Sequence record: MW250785
Length of the DNA stretch: 64,000 bases
Direction: 5' to 3' (one strand)
Source: Escherichia phage UPEC03
This document shows, piece by piece, positions 28,159-37,925 of this stretch (position 1 is its first letter; the number at the start of each line of letters is the position of its first letter). The position numbers and the translations under genes were made by a program. The notes beneath the pieces are model-generated. The model ran no database searches. It saw only the letters and a program-made list of their open reading frames with translations, and was not told where the DNA came from.

Positions 28159-29859
28159 ATGATTAACGAACAAATGTCACACAGCGAAGCATTGAAGATT
28201 TTGGGCGCTACTGGCGACGAATCTAAAGCTGAACTGTCAAAGCTCTTTAAACGTGCTTCTCTGCGCAATCACCCCGACCGTGGTGGTAGCACTGAACTCA
28301 TGCAGAAAATCAACCAGGCGTATGACGTTGTAACCAAAACAAACAGCGCTGGTAAAACTTACAGTGATGTTCGCGCAGAACACGCAGCAAACAAAAAAGC
28401 ATGGGAAGAAAAATTTGCAGCGTATTTCGTGGTTGCGAAAAACTATTTCAGCACGAAATTCAACGCGCAAGAGTTCGCGGAATACTTCACGAAATTCACC
28501 GGACAACCAACAACCTATACTCAGTCAATCAGCGAAGTTCGCGGTCATACTGTTCACGCGACATATCGTTTCACCTCTGGTGATGCGTTCTTTGACTTCT
28601 CTTTCTCTTGTCAACCGCCGAACGGTCAAGGTTTAGCAGCGCCGGACGCGTCCGCACTGGGTAGCGTATCGGTTAATACTCTGGTTCTGGTTGGTACGAA
28701 GAAACACAAAATGGCAAGCCGTGATTACCAATGGGGCAAGAACCCAGACAAAATCACGCCGGAAAGCCTGTTCCCTGCTAAGAAACTGGAATCCATCTTT
28801 AGCCCGACTAAGAAGGATCTCAAGTTCAAACGCGCAGACTACATGACATCCTTTGCCCGTATCTTGGGTGCGAAGGTTAGCGGTAACGATGTTATTGTTG
28901 ATGTTGGACACTATAAAGTTCACTTCTACCGTCACGTATTCATGCGTAAAGGCGCGTATGTGTTCCAGTATGTTGTTGACCCAACTGTGAACAAATTCAA
29001 ACCTGCTGAACGTCTGAAAGGTACTATGCTGGAAGATGAAGACGGTGCATGTCTGGATATGATCATCGACACTTTCAAAGAAATGCAGAAAGTGAAACCA
29101 GACGCAAGCGGCATCGCAGCGGTAATCGACCGGATGAACGCAGAGTTTGCAGCGGGGCATCGTTCAGCATCTTTTGTTAAACGTACCGCACAGCAAGCAG
29201 CAGCACCAGCGCCGGAAGAGAAACCAAAACGCACCGTTAACCGCATCAATAAAGATGACTATTTCAACGCACTGAAACAAGCAGGGGCAACATTCCGCAG
29301 TAACTACGGTGAGTTTGATAACGGCGCGGGTTTGACTTTCCACTTCAAACGCGAGATCAGCAACCGCAAAGGTTTCTGGAGTTTCAGCAGCTTTGATTTC
29401 ATGCACTCCGGTCAGAAACATGTGGAATGGTTGAAAGATATCGACATTGATGAGGATAGCAAAGGCGCAAGTATCGGTTTGCTGGTTGATACCCTGAAAC
29501 AACTTCGTGGTGTTGCTGACTGGTACACAGCCCGTAAGATCCTTGAAGGTATGCGTGATAACTTCAAGGCTGGTAAATTCTCCGCACCTCATGTGAAGAA
29601 AGAAGCCGAACAGAAACGCACTGAAACGCAAGCTAAGGACGAGTTAGGCGCACAGCCTACGAAACCACAGGCAGCGAATAAAGAATCCCCAGCGGTTGAT
29701 AAGGCGCATCAGGCACAGATGGATCGTGAGAAGTCACAGATGAATGCAACCATTCGTTCTATGCTCTCTGCCCTGGTTAAAGCCGGACGCAAAGACACGC
29801 CGGAAGAAATTAAAAAAGCAGTCGATGAAGCAATCGCTCTTTGGCGCTTGAAACACTAA
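28159..29859 (+). CDS. J-domain (DnaJ-like) protein, Rki-like
   Basis: N-terminal J domain ALKILGATGDESKAELSKLFKRASLRNHPDRGG...INQAYDVV with HPD motif; ~490-aa C-terminal region without recognisable domain. Confidence 0.8.
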   Translation: MINEQMSHSEALKILGATGDESKAELSKLFKRASLRNHPDRGGSTELMQKINQAYDVVTKTNSAGKTYSDVRAEHAANKKAWEEKFAAYFVVAKNYFSTKFNAQEFAEYFTKFTGQPTTYTQSISEVRGHTVHATYRFTSGDAFFDFSFSCQPPNGQGLAAPDASALGSVSVNTLVLVGTKKHKMASRDYQWGKNPDKITPESLFPAKKLESIFSPTKKDLKFKRADYMTSFARILGAKVSGNDVIVDVGHYKVHFYRHVFMRKGAYVFQYVVDPTVNKFKPAERLKGTMLEDEDGACLDMIIDTFKEMQKVKPDASGIAAVIDRMNAEFAAGHRSASFVKRTAQQAAAPAPEEKPKRTVNRINKDDYFNALKQAGATFRSNYGEFDNGAGLTFHFKREISNRKGFWSFSSFDFMHSGQKHVEWLKDIDIDEDSKGASIGLLVDTLKQLRGVADWYTARKILEGMRDNFKAGKFSAPHVKKEAEQKRTETQAKDELGAQPTKPQAANKESPAVDKAHQAQMDREKSQMNATIRSMLSALVKAGRKDTPEEIKKAVDEAIALWRLKH

Positions 29860-29875
29860 CTGGTTATGCTATAAT
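29848..29875 (+). promoter_or_regulatory. sigma70-type promoter TTGAAA-16-TATAAT
   Basis: Seen in sequence immediately before the hairpin at 29876-29907. Confidence 0.55.
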
Positions 29876-29907
29876 GGGAACTGTTGAAAAGCAGTTCCCT
29901 TTTTTAT
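29876..29907 (+). terminator. hairpin GGGAACTG-TTGAAAA-GCAGTTCCC followed by TTTTTT
   Basis: Seen in sequence after J-domain gene. Confidence 0.6.
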
Positions 29908-29916
29908 GAGGTGAGT

Positions 29917-30144
29917 ATGATTATTCAGGTATCGGTTCAGGGTAACACTCTGACAGTAACCAATTCCATTATGACCGCTATGGCTGCATGTCGTGATTAT
30001 GTGATGTCAAACCCTCCGGTAACGGAAATTCTGGAAATTGATGTATGGGAAGACGGTGTGATCGAAGAATCCTTTGGGTTCACTCCGTTAGAAGAAGATT
30101 TACGCAAAATGGAACAATGGTTATGGCAAACTGTACCCCAATGA
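29917..30144 (+). CDS. hypothetical protein
   Basis: ORF with GAGGTGAG SD. Confidence 0.4.
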   Translation: MIIQVSVQGNTLTVTNSIMTAMAACRDYVMSNPPVTEILEIDVWEDGVIEESFGFTPLEEDLRKMEQWLWQTVPQ

Positions 30145-30398
30145 AACTACCAAAACACACAACCCTGTTAACCCGCGAAAAACTCCATTCTGTTGAATGG
30201 AGTCCGTTAGATGTGATGGTTTTCGATCTGGAATCCAAAATCATTAACGAGCATGTTAACGGATTGAGTATCTTTTCTGTTGAATTTGGAAAGATTCGCG
30301 GGTATAATGAATCCTGTAAAGACAAATTGCGTGTCATGGTTGAAGCTATGGGCTACATCGTGACTATTGAAGACAACAAAATGTGGATCGCGCTATGA
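30141..30398 (+). CDS. hypothetical protein
   Basis: ATGA start/stop overlap with upstream gene. Confidence 0.4.
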   Translation: MKLPKHTTLLTREKLHSVEWSPLDVMVFDLESKIINEHVNGLSIFSVEFGKIRGYNESCKDKLRVMVEAMGYIVTIEDNKMWIAL

Positions 30399-30976
30399 GC
30401 AAAGTAAAAGCAGTTTTCGCCGTTGGTCATGATATGTACGAAGTGGACTATGCTTTCGGTTATGAACAGGGTTTGCCGTGGGGCCACTGCAAAGAGGATT
30501 TGCAGAACTTCAAAGCAGAAACCGCAAATAGCGTCCTGATCATGGGTGCGAACACTTTTACTTCTCTGCCTGGTAAATTGCCAGGGCGAGTTCATTGCGT
30601 TCTGTCTGCGTCCGGTCAACGTCTGGTAACGAAGAACGGGAATACCGCTGATTACATCATCCACGGCGGCGGGTTGTCTGCTGCAATCGACGTGATGAAA
30701 GCAACGCATCCAGATAGTGATGTGTGTATCATTGGCGGTAAGGGGTTGCTTCTGGAAGCAATCAATAATAAACTGGTTGATGAAGTGGTTGTGACCCACA
30801 TTTACGGACATCATGCATATAATGCACCCGCGTTTAAACGTGATGTTTCGTTCACTGTTCCTGAATTCTGCGAAGCGGTTCTGAAATATGAACTGACCGA
30901 TTTCAAAATTCAACAGATCGAATCAAACGAACGCGTCAGAAAAATTATCGTCGATCGACATACGAAAAAGGCATAA
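30395..30976 (+). CDS. frd: dihydrofolate reductase
   Basis: 193 aa; GLPWG..KEDLQNFKAET...IMGANTF.SLP matches T4 Frd. Confidence 0.85.
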   Translation: MSKVKAVFAVGHDMYEVDYAFGYEQGLPWGHCKEDLQNFKAETANSVLIMGANTFTSLPGKLPGRVHCVLSASGQRLVTKNGNTADYIIHGGGLSAAIDVMKATHPDSDVCIIGGKGLLLEAINNKLVDEVVVTHIYGHHAYNAPAFKRDVSFTVPEFCEAVLKYELTDFKIQQIESNERVRKIIVDRHTKKA

Positions 30977-30977
30977 A

Positions 30978-31832
30978 ATGAAACAATATCTTGATATCGT
31001 CAACACCGTTCTAACACACGGTACTGAATCAACCGATCGTACTGGTGTTGGTACACTGCGCATCTTCGGGATGCAAGCACGTTGGAACCTCGCAGAAGGT
31101 TTCCCAGCTACTACCAGCAAACAGCTATTCTTCAAACCGTGTAAGCATGAATTACAATGGTTCCTCGAAGGTTCTACCAACGTGGAAACACTGCGTAAAA
31201 TGACGTGGGGTGAAGATAGCGATAAGCGGACGATCTGGGACGATAACTACGAAAATCAGGCTAAAGCGCTGGGTTATACGCATGGTTATCTGGGGCCGAT
31301 CTACGGGCATCAATGGCGCTCGTTTGGTGAGGAAGGTTCTTTTTATGGTGTTGACCAGATTGCAAAAATCATCGAACAACTGAAAACCACACCAGACGAT
31401 CGCGGGATCATCGTTTCCGCATGGAACCCTGTTGATCTGGATGATATGGCTCTGCGTCCGTGTCACTGTTTCTTCCAGTTCGTCGTAATCAACGGTAAAC
31501 TGTCTCTACAGTGGTATCAGCGTTCAGTTGATGTCTTCTTAGGGTTGCCGTTCAATATCGCCTCCTACGCTCTCCTGACGCATATTATCGCTGATATTTG
31601 CGGGTATGAAGTGGGCGATCTGGTTTGGACTGGCGGTGATGTCCATATCTACAAAAACGCAGTAGAACAAGCGAAAGAGTTGTTGAAGCCGGAACGCGCA
31701 CCGCTTCCACTTCCGACCCTCGTAATGCCGAAGGTAAATAGCTTACTTGATTTGGATCAAGAATTCTTTGACTCCATCCATTTGAAAGACTATAATCACC
31801 ACGGCTCGCTAAAAGCAGCTATGGCAGTATAA
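30978..31832 (+). CDS. td: thymidylate synthase
   Basis: DRTGVGT...AWNP...PCHCFFQF...QRSVDVFLGLPFNIASYALLTH; no intron. Confidence 0.9.
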   Translation: MKQYLDIVNTVLTHGTESTDRTGVGTLRIFGMQARWNLAEGFPATTSKQLFFKPCKHELQWFLEGSTNVETLRKMTWGEDSDKRTIWDDNYENQAKALGYTHGYLGPIYGHQWRSFGEEGSFYGVDQIAKIIEQLKTTPDDRGIIVSAWNPVDLDDMALRPCHCFFQFVVINGKLSLQWYQRSVDVFLGLPFNIASYALLTHIIADICGYEVGDLVWTGGDVHIYKNAVEQAKELLKPERAPLPLPTLVMPKVNSLLDLDQEFFDSIHLKDYNHHGSLKAAMAV

Positions 31833-31835
31833 ACA

Positions 31836-31860
31836 AAGGGGGCGAAAGCCCCTTTCTTAA
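31836..31860 (+). terminator. GC hairpin GGGGGC-GAAA-GCCCCC + T-run
   Basis: Seen in sequence after td. Confidence 0.55.
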
Positions 31861-31872
31861 CAAGGTAAGATA

Positions 31873-34119
31873 ATGAGTGATATTAAAACAGTAGTGAAGT
31901 CTTCTGGCGTAAGTCAAACGTTCGAAAAAGAAAAACTGTTCAAAGTCCTTAATTGGGCGAGTATTGGAAGAAATATTGATGTTAACGCATTCCTTGAAAG
32001 TGTCGTTGACCTGCTTCGTGATGGTATGACTACCAAACAGATCCAGGCTGTAGCGATCAAGTATGCAGCGGATCGAATCTCCGCAAAAGAACCTGACTGG
32101 CAGTATGTAGCGGCTAACCTCGAAATGTTCGCCCTTCGTAAAACCGTTTACGGGCAGTTTGACCCGATTCCGTTCTACGACCACATCGCTAATCTGGTTC
32201 TCGCTGGGAAATACGATAAAGAAATCCTGGCAAAATGGACTCCAGCGGAGATTGATTATCTGGAATCGAAAATCAATCACGATAAAGATTTTGAATTTTC
32301 GTATGCTGGCGTTCAGCAGTTGATCGGGAAATATCTGTTACAGGATCGCACGTCCGGCGACATCTACGAAACACCACAGTATGCATTCATGCTGATCGCG
32401 ATGTGTCTGCATCAGGACGAAAAACACGCTGATAAAATCAGTCATGTGGTTGACTTCTATAACGCAATTTCGGATCGTAAACTGTCATTACCTACGCCTA
32501 TTATGGCGGGTGTGCGTACTCCTACGCGTCAGTTCTCCAGTTGTGTTGTAATCGAATCTGGTGATTCTCTGGGTTCTCTGAACGCTGTTACGTCCGCGAT
32601 CGTGAAATATATCTCTCAACGTGCGGGTATCGGTGTCAACGCCGGACACATTCGCGCTATGGGTTCAAAAATCCGTGGTGGTGAAGCAGTCCATACAGGC
32701 GTTATCCCGTTCTGGAAACACATTCAGACGGCGGTTAAATCCTGTTCACAGGGCGGTGTTCGTGGTGGTGCAGCAACCCTGTATTATCCGATCTGGCATC
32801 TTGAAGTTGAAAACCTGCTGGTTCTGAAAAATAACCGTGGTGTTGAAGAAAACCGTATTCGTCACCTGGACTATGGCGTACAGCTTAACGATTTGATGTA
32901 TAAGCGTTTAATCAATAACGATTACATCACCCTGTTCAGCCCTGACGTTGCAAACGATCGCCTGTATGACGCGTTCTATCAAGCGGATCAGAGTGAGTTT
33001 GAAGAACTCTATACCAGTCTGGAAAAAGACCCAACGGTACGCAAGAAACGCATCAAAGCGGTAGATCTGTTCCAGTTGCTTGTTCAGGAACGCGCACAGA
33101 CCGGACGCAAATACATTTTCAACAGTCATCACGTAAACCAGCAGGGTAGTTTCTCTGTTCCGGTTCGTATGTCGAACCTGTGTTGTGAAATCGCGATCCC
33201 AACTTCACCACTGGACGACGATGATAAACTGGCTGGCGAAATTGGACTGTGTACGCTTATGGCGATCGTTCTCGATAATGCCGATATAAGCGAATTCCCA
33301 GCCCTTACACGCATCGCAGTACGCGCACTGGATAACCTGCTGGATTATCAGAACTACCCTGTTGCAGCGGCTCTGAAAGCCAAACAGCGTCGTTCTCTGG
33401 GTGTTGGTATTACTAACTATGCATCATGGCTGGCAAGCAACTATTGCGACTACTCCGAAGCATACGCCGGAAACGTTCATGAGTTGATGGAAGCGTTTCA
33501 ATTTAACCTGCTGGTTGCCTCTATGGAACTCGCACAGGAACGCGGTGCATGTGGACTGTTCCACGAAACGAAATATGCACAAGGGCTGTTGCCTATTGAC
33601 TGGTACTGCAAAAACGTTGATGAACTGGCAGCGCCTGTGTATAACTGCGACTGGGAATGGTTACGCGGTGAAATTAAAAAACACGGTTTGCGTAACTCAA
33701 CGCTTTCTGCTTTAATGCCTTGTGAAAGTAGCTCGCAGGTAAGTAACTCAACTAACGGGATCGAACCTCCGCGCGGCCCTGTGAGTGTGAAATCTTCGAA
33801 AGAAGGTTCATTCAATCAGGTAGTACCAAACCAGAATAATCAGATTGACTTCTATGATTATCTCTGGACAATGGCAAAACGTGGAAACAAAGGTTATCTG
33901 TCGCACGTAGCGGTTATGCAGAAGTTTGTTGATCAGGCTATCTCTGCAAACACAAACTATGATCCGGCTAACTTCCCAGATGGTAAAGTGAAATCTGAAA
34001 TCATCCTTGAAGATCTGCTGTATGCAAACTATTTCGGCATCAAAACGCTGTACTACCACAACACCCGTGACGGTGCAGGTGAGGAAGAAGCGGAAGATTG
34101 CGAAGGTTGCAAAATTTGA
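31873..34119 (+). CDS. nrdA: ribonucleotide reductase large subunit (class Ia)
   Basis: 748 aa; ATP-cone N-terminus, catalytic NLCCEI, C-terminal CEGCKI. Confidence 0.95.
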   Translation: MSDIKTVVKSSGVSQTFEKEKLFKVLNWASIGRNIDVNAFLESVVDLLRDGMTTKQIQAVAIKYAADRISAKEPDWQYVAANLEMFALRKTVYGQFDPIPFYDHIANLVLAGKYDKEILAKWTPAEIDYLESKINHDKDFEFSYAGVQQLIGKYLLQDRTSGDIYETPQYAFMLIAMCLHQDEKHADKISHVVDFYNAISDRKLSLPTPIMAGVRTPTRQFSSCVVIESGDSLGSLNAVTSAIVKYISQRAGIGVNAGHIRAMGSKIRGGEAVHTGVIPFWKHIQTAVKSCSQGGVRGGAATLYYPIWHLEVENLLVLKNNRGVEENRIRHLDYGVQLNDLMYKRLINNDYITLFSPDVANDRLYDAFYQADQSEFEELYTSLEKDPTVRKKRIKAVDLFQLLVQERAQTGRKYIFNSHHVNQQGSFSVPVRMSNLCCEIAIPTSPLDDDDKLAGEIGLCTLMAIVLDNADISEFPALTRIAVRALDNLLDYQNYPVAAALKAKQRRSLGVGITNYASWLASNYCDYSEAYAGNVHELMEAFQFNLLVASMELAQERGACGLFHETKYAQGLLPIDWYCKNVDELAAPVYNCDWEWLRGEIKKHGLRNSTLSALMPCESSSQVSNSTNGIEPPRGPVSVKSSKEGSFNQVVPNQNNQIDFYDYLWTMAKRGNKGYLSHVAVMQKFVDQAISANTNYDPANFPDGKVKSEIILEDLLYANYFGIKTLYYHNTRDGAGEEEAEDCEGCKI

Positions 34120-34123
34120 TTCA

Positions 34124-34147
34124 ATGCCCCTTCGGGGGCTTTTTATA
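34124..34147 (+). terminator. GC hairpin GCCCC-TTCG-GGGGC + T-run
   Basis: Seen in sequence after nrdA. Confidence 0.5.
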
Positions 34148-34157
34148 AGGTAAATCC

Positions 34158-35333
34158 ATGTTAACTGTAATGAACACAAACCCAGATCACAAACACTTAG
34201 AACAGCCTATGTTCTTTGGTGAGGATACGGGCGTAGCACGATACGAAGAACAGAAACACCGTGTATTCGAAACCCTGACTGAAAAACAACTGTCATTCTT
34301 CTGGCGACCGGAAGAAGTGGATCTGTCGATCGACCGTATGCAGTACGCGAAAATGCCGGAACACGAAAAAATCATTTTCGATTCGAACCTGCAATATCAA
34401 ACCCTGTTGGATACCATTCAGGGGCGCGGCCCTAACCTGGCTTTCCTCCCTATCGCTTCCGATGTCTCAATGGAAACGTGGATCGAAACATGGGCGTTCA
34501 GTGAAACAATTCATAGCCGCAGTTATACGCACATTCAGCGCAATTTACACATCGACCCGTCGAAAGAGTTCGATAAAATTCTGCGCAACGAAGCGATCAT
34601 GAAACGTTCGGCTTCCATGACAAAATACTACGATGACCTGATCGCAGAATGTCACGAACTGAAAAACATTGTGCTCAAAATCGAAATGTTAACGTCCCAC
34701 GGATACCCAGACGAATCGATCGCAGAGTACGAAAAGAAACGCAAAGAGCAAATGCGTAAATGCAAGGTTGCTCTATACCTGTGTATGCACGCTGTCAACG
34801 CTCTGGAAGCGATCCGCTTCTACGTGTCGTTTACCTTCACGTTCAACTTTGCCGAACAAGGCAAGATGGAAGGTAACGCGAAGATCATGCGTCTGATTGC
34901 CCGTGATGAAGCACTTCACCAGAAAGGCACTCAAAGCAAGATCCGACTCTGGCAGATGGGTAAAGATGACCCAGAAATGGCGGAAATCGCTTACCAGTAC
35001 GAAGAGGAAGCGACAAAGATTTTCCTGGAAGTATACGAACAGGAAAAAGAATGGGCTGAACACCTGTTCTCTATCGGTGATGTAGACGGCGTATCCCTGA
35101 AAAGTACGATCGCTTATATCGAACACCTGACAGATCAGCGTATGCGAGCGGTTGGCTTGCAGTCTCCATTTAAACCAACGCCGAACCCGTATCCGTGGAT
35201 GAACAAATGGTTGAAGTCTGACAACGTACAGGTAGCCCCACAGGAAGTAGAAGTGAGTTCTTACCTGGTTGGCAACCTCAACACCGAGATCAGCGACGAA
35301 TCCTATGCAAAATGGCGACAAAAATACGCTTGA
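34158..35333 (+). CDS. nrdB: ribonucleotide reductase small subunit
   Basis: 391 aa; diiron/tyrosyl radical family; no intron. Confidence 0.9.
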   Translation: MLTVMNTNPDHKHLEQPMFFGEDTGVARYEEQKHRVFETLTEKQLSFFWRPEEVDLSIDRMQYAKMPEHEKIIFDSNLQYQTLLDTIQGRGPNLAFLPIASDVSMETWIETWAFSETIHSRSYTHIQRNLHIDPSKEFDKILRNEAIMKRSASMTKYYDDLIAECHELKNIVLKIEMLTSHGYPDESIAEYEKKRKEQMRKCKVALYLCMHAVNALEAIRFYVSFTFTFNFAEQGKMEGNAKIMRLIARDEALHQKGTQSKIRLWQMGKDDPEMAEIAYQYEEEATKIFLEVYEQEKEWAEHLFSIGDVDGVSLKSTIAYIEHLTDQRMRAVGLQSPFKPTPNPYPWMNKWLKSDNVQVAPQEVEVSSYLVGNLNTEISDESYAKWRQKYA

Positions 35334-35616
35334 TTGTCGCGTCGTAAACAAGTATAAAGGTAGCTGGGATGTCGATATTCAGAGAGGTACGAAATTCGGC
35401 AATCCCTTCTACAAGGGAACACGGGCTGAAAACATAATGAACTTCATCCCGTATTTCCAAAACTTGATTCGAACTGGCGTGATCACAATCGACGAACTGA
35501 AAGCATTGGACGGGAAGCGGTTAGGATGTACATGCAAACCTCTACCGTGCCACGGTGATTATATTGCTCACTGCGTCAATGTGTTGACCGGAAAGGTGAA
35601 TAAGTTGGATATATAA
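35305..35616 (+). CDS. small protein with GNPF ... CxC...PCHGD motif (DUF4326-like)
   Basis: Motif-level resemblance only; start chosen at internal ATG. Confidence 0.4.
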   Translation: MQNGDKNTLDCRVVNKYKGSWDVDIQRGTKFGNPFYKGTRAENIMNFIPYFQNLIRTGVITIDELKALDGKRLGCTCKPLPCHGDYIAHCVNVLTGKVNKLDI

Positions 35617-36014
35617 TGGACGATGTAACATTTGGTGTAATATTTCCTTTGCGTCTGGGTTCAGACAAGAGGATAGACCGGAGTTTCGTTAAATGTGGCG
35701 AATTCCGGCATTGTGTGTATTTTATTGAAATTGACGGTCGGATAGTGTATGTTGGAAAATGTCGTGATTTGTGGAAGCGGTTAGACACATACCGCAATTC
35801 GAAATACTGGCGGGAAGCAAACCCCAGTAATATTCTGAAAACCGCACGTCTGGAAATGGCAATCAAAAAACGTAAGCGTGTAAATCTTATCGTGACAACA
35901 CACGATGAAGACACATATCATGATTTTGAAATAAACATGATCCGAAAAATCAATCCTGAATGGAACAAACAGCACTATGACAAAGCTAACCAAAAATCAG
36001 AAAACCCTCTTTGA
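35616..36014 (+). CDS. GIY-YIG nuclease-domain protein (short, homing-endonuclease-like)
   Basis: VYFIEIDGRIVYVGKCRDLWKRLDTY resembles GIY-x10-YIG motif with conserved R and downstream E/N; lacks long DNA-binding tail. Confidence 0.5.
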   Translation: MDDVTFGVIFPLRLGSDKRIDRSFVKCGEFRHCVYFIEIDGRIVYVGKCRDLWKRLDTYRNSKYWREANPSNILKTARLEMAIKKRKRVNLIVTTHDEDTYHDFEINMIRKINPEWNKQHYDKANQKSENPL

Positions 36015-37134
36015 CCAGTTGATGAAACTGTGTAACGAAAGCGAATGCTTCTACTTCATTGATCAAAAAACTGTGATGCAAACCAATGTTCGCATCTTTA
36101 ACTATCGCATGGCGAGCTATTCCGACTGGTTAAAACCTGGTGCGCTGGAATGTCGCGGCATCATGTTTGTAATGGATGGGGATACCCCCGTAAAACTCGC
36201 CAGTCGCCCTATGGAGAAGTTTTTCAACTATGCCGAGGTAAAGGCATGGGAAGCGCTGAAAGCCTCTCCTGTGACGATTGGTGAAACCGTAGTGGATGTG
36301 ATGATTAAGGAAGATGGTTCCCTGATCTCCACCTTCTGTGATTCCGGCTATCTGGGCGTTAAGTCTAAAGCATCCGTTCAATCTGAACAGGCTATGGACG
36401 CTATGAGCGTGATCCAGACTAACCGCGCATTGTTCGACCGCCTGACCGAACTGGTTAACGATGGTTTCACAGTCAACATGGAATACGTCGCACCGACAAA
36501 CCGTATTGTAATTGGCTATCAGGAACCAGCAGTGGTGATCCTGAACATCCGTAATAACGACACGGGCGAATATGTCGATTATCAGGATATCTTCGCAGAT
36601 GGTGTATTACGTCCGTTCCTGGTTGAGCGCGAGAAAATCGAAATCACCGATCTGGATGCGTTCATTACCGAAGCCTACACGAAAGAAGGTTTCGAGGGTT
36701 ACGTGATCAAAACTGATAAAGGTTTTGTGAAAGCGAAAACCAACTGGTATGTAAACCTTCACCGCACTAAGGATAGCATCAACAATAATAAGGATCTGTT
36801 CTTAAATATTGTTGAAAATACCGTCGATGACCTGAAACAAATGTTCCTCGATGATATGTACGCACTCAAGAAGATCGACGCGTTCGAAACGTTATTCCTT
36901 GATAGTCTGAATCGTCTGACTGCAAAAGCATTCCAGGCAATCGAAGACACGAAAGGCAAATCACGCAAAGATTACGCGATCGCCCTGAGCGCTGACTTAA
37001 CCCCTGACGGTCGTATTATCTTCGGGCCTATGATGCGTTATTTCGATGATACCGATAAGCAAAAGCTGGTCGATAACATCGTTGCATTAATGGCGAAGAA
37101 CTACGAACAGTTTATACCGGAAGAATATAAATGA
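35977..37134 (+). CDS. rnlA: RNA ligase 1
   Basis: YSDWLKPGALECRGIMFVMDGDTPVKLASRPMEKFFN parallels T4 Rnl1 (gene 63). Confidence 0.85.
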   Translation: MTKLTKNQKTLFDQLMKLCNESECFYFIDQKTVMQTNVRIFNYRMASYSDWLKPGALECRGIMFVMDGDTPVKLASRPMEKFFNYAEVKAWEALKASPVTIGETVVDVMIKEDGSLISTFCDSGYLGVKSKASVQSEQAMDAMSVIQTNRALFDRLTELVNDGFTVNMEYVAPTNRIVIGYQEPAVVILNIRNNDTGEYVDYQDIFADGVLRPFLVEREKIEITDLDAFITEAYTKEGFEGYVIKTDKGFVKAKTNWYVNLHRTKDSINNNKDLFLNIVENTVDDLKQMFLDDMYALKKIDAFETLFLDSLNRLTAKAFQAIEDTKGKSRKDYAIALSADLTPDGRIIFGPMMRYFDDTDKQKLVDNIVALMAKNYEQFIPEEYK

Positions 37135-37457
37135 CATTACCAGCCTTTCCAAAGTTAACTTCTTTGGTGTGGCCTGTCATTGTAGCCCTGTCTTTGGCAG
37201 GGCTTTTGTACATGACAATCACGCTAAAGAGCGAAAACGATCAATTGGCTAAAGATATCAAAGAGTTACAGGCTGATATCAAAAAAGTCAAAGAGACAAA
37301 CAACACCAATACGGTGATCTATGTCGAACAGAAAGCGAAGGATCAGCAGTTGGTCAAGGATGCCGGACGTAAAGACCTGCTGTTCAAGAAACCAGGACTG
37401 ATCGAAATCAAGATCAACAAGTCCTTCGAAGAGTATATGGCGGAGTACGACAAATGA
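37131..37457 (+). CDS. inner-membrane spanin (i-spanin, Rz-like)
   Basis: N-terminal TM helix + coiled-coil periplasmic region; located upstream of pseT as T4 pseT.3. Confidence 0.6.
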   Translation: MTLPAFPKLTSLVWPVIVALSLAGLLYMTITLKSENDQLAKDIKELQADIKKVKETNNTNTVIYVEQKAKDQQLVKDAGRKDLLFKKPGLIEIKINKSFEEYMAEYDK

Positions 37458-37771
37458 AAATTGCAACGATAGCCCTTGTTCTGGGCGTTCTGTTGGTTGG
37501 GTGTGCGGAGAAGCCCCCAGAAAAGATTTTGCCTACACTCCCCGCTAAGGTGAATCCGGTGAATGTGAAATGGAAAGTGGTTGCAGAAGTCCGAGAGATT
37601 GACGGTAAAAAATACCTTGTCATGCCTTATGACGGAAACCCATACGTTGCCCTTTCATATCCCGATTCGTTAATCTTCCGTAGCTGGATGAATGACGTTA
37701 AGCGTCAGAAAGACCAGACGGATAACATTCTGTGTACCGTGGGATACCCTGAGAAATGCAAGTCAAAATAA
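37454..37771 (+). CDS. outer-membrane spanin lipoprotein (o-spanin, Rz1-like)
   Basis: Lipoprotein signal LVLGVLLVGC (lipobox) ; adjacent to i-spanin. Confidence 0.6.
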   Translation: MKIATIALVLGVLLVGCAEKPPEKILPTLPAKVNPVNVKWKVVAEVREIDGKKYLVMPYDGNPYVALSYPDSLIFRSWMNDVKRQKDQTDNILCTVGYPEKCKSK

Positions 37772-37925
37772 TCAAGTCATTTTTCCGTGACATAACCGAA
37801 GGAAAGGTTTATGATGCGAAGAAGGACAAAGAAGGTCTCTGGATCGAAAATGACTGGAACCGTGATATGTGGCTCAATCTAACGAATGAGCATAACAAAG
37901 AACTGATTGAATATGAGATTGTGAA

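Noticed and set aside
30978-35333. Group I introns in td or nrdB, as in T4
   Set aside because: Both reading frames are continuous and full length; no intron is present.
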